A stretch of DNA of 26,609 nt from a virus (Duplodnaviria; Caudoviricetes): positions 1 through 26,609 of the IMG/VR virus record IMGVR_UViG_3300027769_000113. The stretch is one strand, 5' to 3'. The notes under the pieces are model-generated. The model was not told where the DNA came from, made no database searches, and saw only the letters and a program-made list of their open reading frames with translations. A program made the translations under genes and the position numbers. How positions within the stretch are numbered: position 1 is the stretch's first letter; every line of letters begins with the position of its first letter. Positions 17,373 to 25,007 of this stretch are shown here, piece by piece.

Positions 17373-17518
17373 TGCATAGCCTTCACGGCGCGAGCAACGA
17401 GACGTGAAACGCTGACATCCTCACCGGAGTCTATCGTTTCCTTATCGGCTTCGCTTTTCAACCATTCCAGCATATCTGGCGAAAGAGACACCGAAACTTT
17501 CACCTTATTCGCACTCAT
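17261..17518 (-). CDS. ribbon-helix-helix regulator (repressor candidate)
   Basis: KVKVSVSLSPDMLEWL...VSRLVARAV; only convincing minus-strand gene. Confidence 0.8.
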   Translation of the reverse strand: MSANKVKVSVSLSPDMLEWLKSEADKETIDSGEDVSVSRLVARAVKAMQGKPNAPVRAGAKEVKLSESSGNGSSTRTSRSSRKAG

Positions 17519-17525
17519 ATTCTTA

Positions 17526-17554
17526 AAGGTAATACCGATTACTACTTCGTGCAA
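17526..17554 (-). promoter_or_regulatory. leftward promoter
   Basis: TTGCAC-N17-TACCTT-N7-ATG on the minus strand. Confidence 0.55.
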
Positions 17555-17651
17555 CTATTTATTTTTGCCCGCAGAAGTAGTGTTCATGCGGATGTCAATA
17601 AAAAATTCCAAGGCAGGGAAACACCCTATTGATTTTTTTCTAAAAAAAATA

Positions 17652-17685
17652 TTGCCACGCTTTGCTACCAATTGCTACCGATTGA
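17652..17685 (+). promoter_or_regulatory. rightward promoter/operator
   Basis: TTGCCA-N18-TACCGA-N7-ATG overlapped by tandem TACC(A/G)ATTG repeats. Confidence 0.45.
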
Positions 17686-17688
17686 GCC

Positions 17689-17847
17689 ATGCAAGCGGCA
17701 TACAAAAAAACAAGCATCAGTCTTCCGTCAGACCTCTTGGTCTATCTGAAGAAAGAATCCAAAAAAGAAGACAACATCCCCGTTTCACGACTCATCGCTA
17801 GAGCCGTCCGGCAGATGATTAACAACAGCAAGGGAGCCTCCAAATGA
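17689..17847 (+). CDS. ribbon-helix-helix regulator (Cro-position), 52 aa, not in ORF track
   Basis: MQAAYKKTSISLPSDLLVYLKKESKKEDNIPVSRLIARAVRQMINNSKGASK; ATGA overlap with the next gene. Confidence 0.8.
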   Translation: MQAAYKKTSISLPSDLLVYLKKESKKEDNIPVSRLIARAVRQMINNSKGASK

Positions 17848-18032
17848 TCGACGCAACCACAATGGCCGCTCGCCTCGGAGTGGCAAAATACACGATAGAG
17901 GAATGGGCGAGGAAAAGCCGCATCCCGGCTTTTAAAGTTGGAAGATGGTGGAGGTTTGACGAAGCCGAAGTCACCAAGGCTCTCAAGCTCGACGGCAACG
18001 ATCTCAGCCGCGCAATCGGGAGGGCCAAATGA
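17844..18032 (+). CDS. excisionase-like HTH protein
   Basis: AARLGV...TI..W.....IPA.KVGR.WRF pattern; SD-like AGGGAG upstream. Confidence 0.85.
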   Translation: MIDATTMAARLGVAKYTIEEWARKSRIPAFKVGRWWRFDEAEVTKALKLDGNDLSRAIGRAK

Positions 18033-18148
18033 TCGATTTCCACGACCCCTCCGCCGTATGCCGATCCATCGGCTATTTTCTGGATTTTCTCACCATCACC
18101 GTGCCTGTCATCTCGCTGGCAATCTTCGCCTGGAGGATCGCACGATGA
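18029..18148 (+). CDS. 39 aa membrane peptide
   Basis: MIDFHDPSAVCRSIGYFLDFLTITVPVISLAIFAWRIAR; GGAGG upstream; ATGA overlaps at both ends. Confidence 0.6.
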   Translation: MIDFHDPSAVCRSIGYFLDFLTITVPVISLAIFAWRIAR

Positions 18149-18357
18149 GCGACCCAAACTGGAGCGAGATCGAGGCCAACCGCGACCGCGCCGAAGCCCT
18201 GCCCGAATGCAATTGGACGACCGAGACACCTGAGACCGAGGCCGCCGTGAAAGCCAGCGGGTCAACATTTGGAATTCCGCTCCGTGAGACCAGCCGGCGC
18301 CTCGAGCGTCAGCGTGATGCTCTTTACGCGCTCCTCAACCGGAGGGCGACCCAATGA
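18145..18357 (+). CDS. hypothetical protein
   Basis: GGAGG plus ATGA overlap; 70 aa. Confidence 0.7.
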   Translation: MSDPNWSEIEANRDRAEALPECNWTTETPETEAAVKASGSTFGIPLRETSRRLERQRDALYALLNRRATQ

Positions 18358-18500
18358 GCGACACCACCGCCCTTATTTCAGCCGCTCTCATCATGGCGAG
18401 CCTCTACACCACGTTTCACCTCGGCATCGAGTGCGAACGCGAAAGAGCACGCAAGGCCAGACGCCGCCGGTGGGATGAAGAAGACAATTCCCCTAAGTAA
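18354..18500 (+). CDS. 48 aa protein with hydrophobic N-terminus
   Basis: MSDTTALISAALIMASLYTTFHLGIECERERARKARRRRWDEEDNSPK; GGAGG plus ATGA overlap. Confidence 0.6.
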   Translation: MSDTTALISAALIMASLYTTFHLGIECERERARKARRRRWDEEDNSPK

Positions 18501-18586
18501 ATCCCCACAAAACAAAAAGTGGCCCCGCCGGACGGCAATCCGACGGAGCCGGTAGTTAAACCCTCGAAAAAAGGAAAAACCAAAAA

Positions 18587-19435
18587 ATGAGTAACGAAAT
18601 AGCGGTGATCCCGCAAGTGAAACCCTCCGCGCTGGCCGTGATGGCCGGACGCATCAACGTCGAGCCCACCAAGCTCCACAGCACCCTCAAAAACACCGTC
18701 TTCAAAGGCGCGACCGATGATGAACTCCTCGCCCTGGTGGTGACGGCGAACACCTACGAACTCAACCCTCTCTTAAAAGAGCTGTACGCCTTCCCAAAAA
18801 AGGGCGGTGGTATCGCTCCGATGGTCGGGGTGGATGGTTGGATAAAAATCGCCAACCGCCAACCGAACTTTGACGGAATGGACGTCGAGGTCTATGGAGA
18901 CGGAAAGACGCCGACTCACGCCACCGGCACCATCTACCTCAAGGACCGTACGCACCCTGTCCGCGTCACCGAGTATTTTGAGGAGTGCAAGCGTGGCACA
19001 GAGCCGTGGAATCAAATGCCGCGGCGCATGCTTCGCAACAAGGCGATCATCCAATCCATCCGCCTCGCCTTTGGCGTGTCCGGTATTCATGATGAGGACG
19101 AGGCCAGAGACATTGGCGGTCGCCAGGCGCAAGCGCCAACCTACGAGAAGCCTGTTTTCAAGCGATTGATCGACCCTGAGGACAACATCCCCATGCTGCC
19201 AGATCCTCGCCTCCTGGACGCCGTGCCAGCATTCACGCCCGACACGCCCCAGAAGCAACTGCAAGCCGCCATTGCCGACGCTGGCGTGCTTGAGGGCGCA
19301 TTCATCAAGCAACTCAAGGCCATCGCGCCGGCGCTGATAGGTAAAGCCAAGCTCATCACCGAGCTTTCAGACGAAGCCGCTGAAAAGGCGCTCGCCGAGA
19401 TCCACAGCATCCTCGCCGAGGAGGTTGCCGAATGA
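18587..19435 (+). CDS. bet: Redbeta/RecT-family single-strand annealing protein
   Basis: Y.LNP..KE.YAFP.KGG.I.P.VGVDGW..I.N, FDGM, PW...P.RMLR.KA.IQ..RLAFG. Confidence 0.93.
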   Translation: MSNEIAVIPQVKPSALAVMAGRINVEPTKLHSTLKNTVFKGATDDELLALVVTANTYELNPLLKELYAFPKKGGGIAPMVGVDGWIKIANRQPNFDGMDVEVYGDGKTPTHATGTIYLKDRTHPVRVTEYFEECKRGTEPWNQMPRRMLRNKAIIQSIRLAFGVSGIHDEDEARDIGGRQAQAPTYEKPVFKRLIDPEDNIPMLPDPRLLDAVPAFTPDTPQKQLQAAIADAGVLEGAFIKQLKAIAPALIGKAKLITELSDEAAEKALAEIHSILAEEVAE

Positions 19436-20241
19436 GCGCCTTTATCGATGCGCAGGAGGGCGTTTATTTTGACCTCGACGAGCAGACATATCGCGCCGCC
19501 ACGGGGATCAACATCTCCGCGCTCAAGAATATCAACCGCAGCCCGGCGCACTACCTAGCCAAGCTCACGGAGGTGCGGCCCGAGCCCACCCCCGCGCTGG
19601 TATTCGGAACGCTCCTCCACCGCGCCGCCCTCGAGCCTCACAAGCTCGGTGGTAGCTTCGCGGTAAAGCCCGAGGGAATGTCCTTCGTCAGCAAAGAAGG
19701 TAAAGCATGGCGGGACGCGCAGACGCTCCCGATTATCACCGAGGAGCAGAATATTGCCCTTGCCGGTGCCGCCGCATCCGTGTCAGCACACCCAGCCGCC
19801 GCCGCGATCCTAGCCGACGCCAAGCGCGAGGTGAGCGTTTTTAGGCGCATTACCCGCAGTAACCCCGAAGGCCTCCTCCTCAAGGGCCGGCTGGATATTG
19901 TGGCGACCGACTCCCACGGATCGACCACGATAGCCGACATCAAGACGACCGAAGACGCCTCCCCCGAGGCGTTTTCCAAGACCATCGCTCAATATGGCTA
20001 CGCACAGCAAGCAGCCCACTACCTCGACCTACTCGGAGCCACCCACTTCGTATTTATCGCGGTGGAAAAAACGGCACCCTACGCCGTGGGCGTCTATTGC
20101 CTAGACCCTGCCAGCGTGGCTATGGGCCGCGAGCGCAACCTCCGCAACCTCGATCTCCTCGAGTCCTGCCAATCCTCCGGTCACTGGCCGGCCTACTCCT
20201 CCGAAATCGAAACCATCAGCCTGCCCGCCTGGGCGAAGTAA
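19432..20241 (+). CDS. RecE/exonuclease VIII-like PD-(D/E)XK nuclease
   Basis: SPAHY, GT..H...LEP, KGRLD, DIKTT, YGY..QAA.Y, FVFIAVEK..PY. Confidence 0.9.
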   Translation: MSAFIDAQEGVYFDLDEQTYRAATGINISALKNINRSPAHYLAKLTEVRPEPTPALVFGTLLHRAALEPHKLGGSFAVKPEGMSFVSKEGKAWRDAQTLPIITEEQNIALAGAAASVSAHPAAAAILADAKREVSVFRRITRSNPEGLLLKGRLDIVATDSHGSTTIADIKTTEDASPEAFSKTIAQYGYAQQAAHYLDLLGATHFVFIAVEKTAPYAVGVYCLDPASVAMGRERNLRNLDLLESCQSSGHWPAYSSEIETISLPAWAK

Positions 20242-20243
20242 TC

Positions 20244-20528
20244 ATGATCAAAGCCAACATTAACGTCACGAAAATCGATAAGTCCCACCTCCACAAGGGG
20301 GAAAAGGGAACCTACCTTGGCCTCACCTTCATGGACAACCGAGACGGCACCGACCAATACGGCAACGATGGGTTCGTTGTCCAAGATATCCCACAAGCCG
20401 CCCGCGAATCCGGCGAACGTGGACCCATCGTCGGCAACTGGAAGACGCTCAAGCCAAAAGCCCAAGCGCCTGCACCCAAACCGCAACCCAAACAACTCGA
20501 CGAAGACGGAGACGAAATCCCGTTCTGA
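20244..20528 (+). CDS. putative single-stranded DNA-binding protein
   Basis: Follows bet/exonuclease; Pro-rich linker and acidic DEDGDEIPF tail. Confidence 0.7.
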   Translation: MIKANINVTKIDKSHLHKGEKGTYLGLTFMDNRDGTDQYGNDGFVVQDIPQAARESGERGPIVGNWKTLKPKAQAPAPKPQPKQLDEDGDEIPF

Positions 20529-20532
20529 GCAT

Positions 20533-20597
20533 TTCCTCGCTAGTCCCCAAGGGGGACGCAGGGGCAAAGGGGGGCCGCGCAATCCCAAAAAACGCGG
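20533..20597 (+). ncRNA. putative structured RNA: hairpin plus H-type pseudoknot
   Basis: GTCCCC/GGGGAC hairpin, then GGGG..CCGCG.CAA.TCCC.AAAAAA.CGCGG. Confidence 0.35.
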
Positions 20598-20610
20598 AAT
20601 TTTTAAAGCA

Positions 20611-20823
20611 ATGCTTCCATCCATCACCCTCCGCCTAGCCATTTGCGCGAACGATTGCCCGATAGGGCCGCGCCTCGAGCGTGGCGTGCCGTTGCCTCCC
20701 TACCGGCACACATACGCCCTCGATGAGCAACCCCAGGCGGAGGCGGATCTCGAACTCGTCCGCGATTACGTCAATCGGAACCATTTAAACAACTTAAAGA
20801 AGGGAAAACAAAAATGTGGATAA
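20611..20823 (+). CDS. hypothetical protein
   Basis: 70 aa from ATG 20611, overlapping the methyltransferase starts. Confidence 0.6.
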   Translation: MLPSITLRLAICANDCPIGPRLERGVPLPPYRHTYALDEQPQAEADLELVRDYVNRNHLNNLKKGKQKCG

Positions 20824-22079
20824 TACCAAACAATTTACAACTATCGAGTGGTGCGCCGGGTACGGCGGGATTCATCTCGGACTTAAACGAGCAATCCCAA
20901 ATCTGCGCGTCATCGCTTATGGTGAGATCGAAGCCTTCGCCGTCGCGAACTTGGTCGCTAAAATGGAAGCGGGACTCATGGACTGCGCTCCTATCTGGTC
21001 GGATCTTAAAACCTTCCCATGCGAGGACTTTCGTGACCGAGTGGACCTCCTTGTGGCCGGTTACCCATGCCAGCCATTCAGCGCAGCAGGAAAGAGACTC
21101 GGCACAGAAGACCCGCGCCACCTCTGGCCACACATCGCCAGATCAATACGAGTTATTCGACCTCGACTATGCTTCTTTGAGAATGTCGAAGGACACATCA
21201 GCCTTGGCCTCCGAGAAGTCATTGGAGAGCTGGAATCAATCGGTTATAAAAGCTCGTGGGGAATATTCTCGGCGGCTGAAGTCGGAGCACCGCACCAACG
21301 CAAGCGGGTTTTCATCTTGGCCTACGATCAGCGTCAACGAGTCAAAGAACTCGGTTGGCAAATCGCAGTTGAGCCGCAACTGCATTCCTTTGGGAACGAT
21401 GGCGATGATGATTGCAGAAAGCCATGCCAGTTTTGTGGCTACGAATTCGACCACGAATTGCTTGGAAAATACGGATGCCCAAACTGCGGTGGTGAAGGAT
21501 GCGGCGAATTGCCTGACGCCTCAAGAGGACGATGCAAGCAATGTGAATCCAAAGGACACAAGGCGGGCTGGATTAGTTTCACAAGTCAATGGCCAAGCCG
21601 CCCCGGCGAACCCCAGCACGGATGGGAGCCGCCAAGGGTTGTCGGAACAGTCCCAAAGAAACTGGCAGACTTTTGCGCACGGGACGCACAACAGGGGCGA
21701 GACACCGCACAGGCAGGTGGTGAAGGCTCTGGTGAACGGAGAGAAGGCGCAGACGCAATGCCTCACGGTGGATCAAGTGTTTGCGGAGGAGATCAAGGGG
21801 ACGAATCTGGCATCGACGCCGGAAGTGGCACAGAAGCGGATCGAGGAGGGCAAAGTGACATTGAGCAGGCAGAACCCCGGCAAATTGAACCCGCGTTGGG
21901 TCGAAACGCTCCAAGGCGTCTGCATGGGGTGGACCTCGCCGAGTTGTCCGGCCTCAGTCATCAAGAACTGGCCGAAATTTGTGAGTGGATGGTGCGCTGT
22001 GACAATCGAACCGACGAGCTTCGACTCCTCGGCAACGGAGTCGTGCCTGCAACAGCAGAACGAGCCTTTAGAGTTTTAA
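20814..22079 (+). CDS. overlapping-frame methyltransferase subunit (beta-like, motif IX)
   Basis: 421 codons open across the MTase; LNPRWVETLQG...GWT resembles C5-MTase motif IX. Confidence 0.65.
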   Translation: MWIIPNNLQLSSGAPGTAGFISDLNEQSQICASSLMVRSKPSPSRTWSLKWKRDSWTALLSGRILKPSHARTFVTEWTSLWPVTHASHSAQQERDSAQKTRATSGHTSPDQYELFDLDYASLRMSKDTSALASEKSLESWNQSVIKARGEYSRRLKSEHRTNASGFSSWPTISVNESKNSVGKSQLSRNCIPLGTMAMMIAESHASFVATNSTTNCLENTDAQTAVVKDAANCLTPQEDDASNVNPKDTRRAGLVSQVNGQAAPANPSTDGSRQGLSEQSQRNWQTFAHGTHNRGETPHRQVVKALVNGEKAQTQCLTVDQVFAEEIKGTNLASTPEVAQKRIEEGKVTLSRQNPGKLNPRWVETLQGVCMGWTSPSCPASVIKNWPKFVSGWCAVTIEPTSFDSSATESCLQQQNEPLEF

Positions 22080-22111
22080 TAGAGGAACTTTTTAAACAAC
22101 AAAAGGAATAA
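20816..22111 (+). CDS. DNA (cytosine-5) methyltransferase (alpha-like)
   Basis: CAGYGG (I), GYPCQPFS (IV), ENV (VI), HQRKRVF (VIII), LGNGV (X). Confidence 0.92.
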   Translation: MDNTKQFTTIEWCAGYGGIHLGLKRAIPNLRVIAYGEIEAFAVANLVAKMEAGLMDCAPIWSDLKTFPCEDFRDRVDLLVAGYPCQPFSAAGKRLGTEDPRHLWPHIARSIRVIRPRLCFFENVEGHISLGLREVIGELESIGYKSSWGIFSAAEVGAPHQRKRVFILAYDQRQRVKELGWQIAVEPQLHSFGNDGDDDCRKPCQFCGYEFDHELLGKYGCPNCGGEGCGELPDASRGRCKQCESKGHKAGWISFTSQWPSRPGEPQHGWEPPRVVGTVPKKLADFCARDAQQGRDTAQAGGEGSGERREGADAMPHGGSSVCGGDQGDESGIDAGSGTEADRGGQSDIEQAEPRQIEPALGRNAPRRLHGVDLAELSGLSHQELAEICEWMVRCDNRTDELRLLGNGVVPATAERAFRVLIEELFKQQKE

Positions 22112-22477
22112 ATGATCTTATCACCCGATTTTCCAGACCATTACAAAACGAAGATTTTGCTCAAGATGGCAGGCCACGCCGGCGTCTTTTCCCTCATCAA
22201 ACTCTGGGCGCAATGCCAATTTAGGCGCACAGAACGGATCGAGAAGCCAGCCGAGATCGTGGCCGCGATAGCCGATTGGGAAGGGGACGCGGATCACCTT
22301 GAAACGGCGCTCATCGAAAGCGGATTCGCCAGGCGTGATGGCGACACATTCATCCTCCACCAATGGGAGGACCAAAACAAGAAACTCTTCACCAGCTACG
22401 CCAACGGAAAAAAGGGCGGAAAGCCCAAAAGCGAGTCACCTAAAGCGTTGAAAAAGCCAGCCGCTTTAAAGCTCTAA
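22112..22477 (+). CDS. putative replication initiator (N-terminal-domain sized)
   Basis: Lies directly before iterons and DnaB; ends with the NGKKGG.PK linker seen in phage initiators. Confidence 0.6.
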   Translation: MILSPDFPDHYKTKILLKMAGHAGVFSLIKLWAQCQFRRTERIEKPAEIVAAIADWEGDADHLETALIESGFARRDGDTFILHQWEDQNKKLFTSYANGKKGGKPKSESPKALKKPAALKL

Positions 22478-22479
22478 AA

Positions 22480-22618
22480 TACCTAACGCTAACCTAACCC
22501 TAACCTAAATGGAACCTAACGCTAACCTAAAGCAAACCCAGCACGCCCTAGATAGATAGATAGAATATCTATTCTATCGAATAGATAGCTGCGCTCTGGC
22601 TGACGCCAGCGCAGCTCA
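22480..22618. repeat. putative replication origin
   Basis: AACCTAA-type iterons at exact 11-bp period (22480-22545), TAGA repeats with an AT-rich palindrome, then a GC hairpin. Confidence 0.75.
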
Positions 22619-22637
22619 GACGGAAACCAACAAAAAC

Positions 22638-23903
22638 ATGAACCTCCGAAAATCCGATTTTTACTCTGCCACGACCCAGACGCAGAACGTCCCGCAAAAC
22701 CTCTCCGCCGAGCAATCCGCAATCTCGATCATCCTCCAAGCCGACGACGTCCTAGACATGGCAAAGTGGGACCAAGATCTTTTCCTCCAATCTGCCCACC
22801 GCACGATCCTAAAAGCGATCAAAGAAACCCGAGCCGCCGGGCGACAAGTGAACCTCTTCACGATCCAAGCCAAGCTCGAGGAAACCGGAAAGCTCGAGGA
22901 GATCGGTGGCGCCTCCGCCCTTTTCATCATCAAAGAGCATTACCCATGTGCGGACAGGGAGAGCGCCCTGGACTTCCGCAAGGATCTCGTCAAGGCCCGA
23001 CGCTACCGCCGAGCCATGCAGAAACTCCATGAGACCAAGGCCGACATCAGCCTCATGACGGCGGACCTATCCGACCTCGCCGCCACTCTCACCGATGACG
23101 ATGACATTGACAACTCGGCACTTACCATAAAGAGCCAATGCGAAAACCTCATCACGTCACTCGAAAGCCTTACGCCACCCGAACGCATTAAGAGCAACAT
23201 CCAAGAGCTCGACTATCTGCTCAATGGCGGCTTTGAACTCGGCACCGTTGCCGTTGCCGCCAGCGAAACCTCCGGTGGGAAAAGCATTTTCCTACTGCAA
23301 GCCGCCCTCAACGGAGCCATCGATCATCAGCCAGGCATTATCTTCAGCCTCGAAATGACGGCCAGCTCGGTCATCTCCCGCATGGCAGCGTGCAAGTCCG
23401 GCCACCGTGTCGTCAGCGCCTACGACCACCCCACCGCCGAACAAATGCAAGGCATGGCCATCGGCATCCGAACCATTGCCCGACTCCCGATCACGGTCCA
23501 CGACCAGATCACAACCATCGACGACATCGAGGTCGCCTGTCACCAAGGAGCCAAGGCCGGCATGAAATGGATCGTGGTGGACTACATCCAACTCTGCACC
23601 GTCGGCAACTCATCGAAGGCCGAAACTCGCGAGCAACAGGTCAGCGAAGTCGTCCGCCGCCTCAAAATCCTCGCCCTCAAGCACAACATCGTTGTTTTTA
23701 CCGCCTCCCAGATGAATGACGGTGGCGAGCTCCGCGAGTCCCGCGCCGTGGGACACCATGCCGATTACGTTCTCCACATCGACCATGCCGACAAGGCCGC
23801 GCCGGTCATCCGAGTCATCAAGAACCGCAACGGAGAACGCCACGTCTTCGCCCCTGTGAAAATGCGCGGGGACATCTCCCGATTTGAAGGGCGCACGAAA
23901 TGA
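22638..23903 (+). CDS. dnaB: DnaB-like replicative helicase
   Basis: P.N..AEQ N-terminus, GGKS Walker A, FSLEM, VVDYIQL, SQMN, LRES, KNRNG. Confidence 0.93.
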   Translation: MNLRKSDFYSATTQTQNVPQNLSAEQSAISIILQADDVLDMAKWDQDLFLQSAHRTILKAIKETRAAGRQVNLFTIQAKLEETGKLEEIGGASALFIIKEHYPCADRESALDFRKDLVKARRYRRAMQKLHETKADISLMTADLSDLAATLTDDDDIDNSALTIKSQCENLITSLESLTPPERIKSNIQELDYLLNGGFELGTVAVAASETSGGKSIFLLQAALNGAIDHQPGIIFSLEMTASSVISRMAACKSGHRVVSAYDHPTAEQMQGMAIGIRTIARLPITVHDQITTIDDIEVACHQGAKAGMKWIVVDYIQLCTVGNSSKAETREQQVSEVVRRLKILALKHNIVVFTASQMNDGGELRESRAVGHHADYVLHIDHADKAAPVIRVIKNRNGERHVFAPVKMRGDISRFEGRTK

Positions 23904-24190
23904 CAAGCGCCCCGATACCTCATCCCTGGCAGTCGCTCCAGATCGCCCACGGCCTCGACACCACGGAAGTAAATCCGCTCGAGCTTGGCCGGCCATTCCG
24001 TTTTACCGACGCGCAACGTGCCGCCATTCAACCCTACCTCGAAGCCGCAGGGCAGGGTGGCGCCGTGCTCATTGTCGCCAGCCACTCACCGCATGACAAC
24101 TGGCTGCACGCCGAGCCTGTCGCCCTCACCCAAGCCCACCGCAAATCTATCACCGCATCACTCACCAGAATCAAAAAACAAAACCTATGA
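23900..24190 (+). CDS. hypothetical protein
   Basis: ATGA overlaps at both ends. Confidence 0.7.
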   Translation: MTSAPIPHPWQSLQIAHGLDTTEVNPLELGRPFRFTDAQRAAIQPYLEAAGQGGAVLIVASHSPHDNWLHAEPVALTQAHRKSITASLTRIKKQNL

Positions 24191-24618
24191 AACTCTACAT
24201 CGGCATAGACCCCGGACAAAACGGCGGCATCGCCTTTATCCCAACTACCGGACCCGCATGGGCGCACAAGATGCCGGAGACCGACCGCGACATCCTAGAC
24301 CTCCTGCGAGACAGCGTTTGCATGGCCGAGCCCATCGCCGCCCTCGAGCTCGTCCACTCAAGCCCTCAAATGGGCGTTAAGTCGGCCTTTACCTTCGGCC
24401 ACGGATACGGAGGCCTCGAAATGGCCCTTGTAGCCCTTGCGATTCCATTCCGCCACATTCGCCCTCAAGCGTGGCAAAAAGCCCTAGGATGCCTAACTGG
24501 GGGAAATAAGAACGTATCCAAGCGCCGAGCCCAAGAGTTATTCCCAAAGATCAAAGTCACGCACGCCATAGCCGACGCCCTCCTCATCGCCGAATACAAC
24601 CGCCTCATCCACCAATGA
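24187..24618 (+). CDS. RuvC-like Holliday junction resolvase
   Basis: YIGIDPG, conserved E, F.FG..YG, P..W.K and ADALLIA motifs. Confidence 0.85.
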   Translation: MKLYIGIDPGQNGGIAFIPTTGPAWAHKMPETDRDILDLLRDSVCMAEPIAALELVHSSPQMGVKSAFTFGHGYGGLEMALVALAIPFRHIRPQAWQKALGCLTGGNKNVSKRRAQELFPKIKVTHAIADALLIAEYNRLIHQ

Positions 24619-25007
24619 GAACGAAACGCTACAAGCCCGGCAAGTGGGAAGAAATCGCCCAACCTCAAGACCTCGCCGCCGAACCGGTAGAGCAGACGCC
24701 AGAGGAGAAAGAGCGCCTTCTATTGCACTTCTACCGCAAACTACTTAACGCCATGATTTGGCAGGCCGTGGACGATGTCAGTAATGAGAGCGTTTACGCG
24801 CAATACAGCAACGCCCGCGACGCGGACATGAACATTACGAGCGCCGCGCATTTCCTCCGCTCCACATTCTTTCCCAAACTCTGCGAGGCAATGCCGATCA
24901 AACTACCCGCGCAAGCCATCATCAATGAAGCATTTAAGCCACGAAAAAACAATTTGACCGACAGGAAAAAGCCCGCAACCTCAAAGCCAGTAACCTCAAC
25001 GCCATGA
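24615..25007 (+). CDS. hypothetical protein
   Basis: ATGA overlaps; 130 aa. Confidence 0.7.
   Translation: MRTKRYKPGKWEEIAQPQDLAAEPVEQTPEEKERLLLHFYRKLLNAMIWQAVDDVSNESVYAQYSNARDADMNITSAAHFLRSTFFPKLCEAMPIKLPAQAIINEAFKPRKNNLTDRKKPATSKPVTSTP

Noticed and set aside
18521-18550. Imperfect hairpin upstream of bet
   Set aside because: Several mismatches and no U tract on the + strand; cannot assign a function
22465-22471. In-frame T TTA AAG slippery site at the end of the initiator
   Set aside because: The -1 frame stops after about eight codons and no stimulatory structure is evident
23107-23112. TTGACA inside dnaB
   Set aside because: Preceded by A rather than a pyrimidine and no nearby gene start; treated as chance, though it is a counterexample to keep in the motif count
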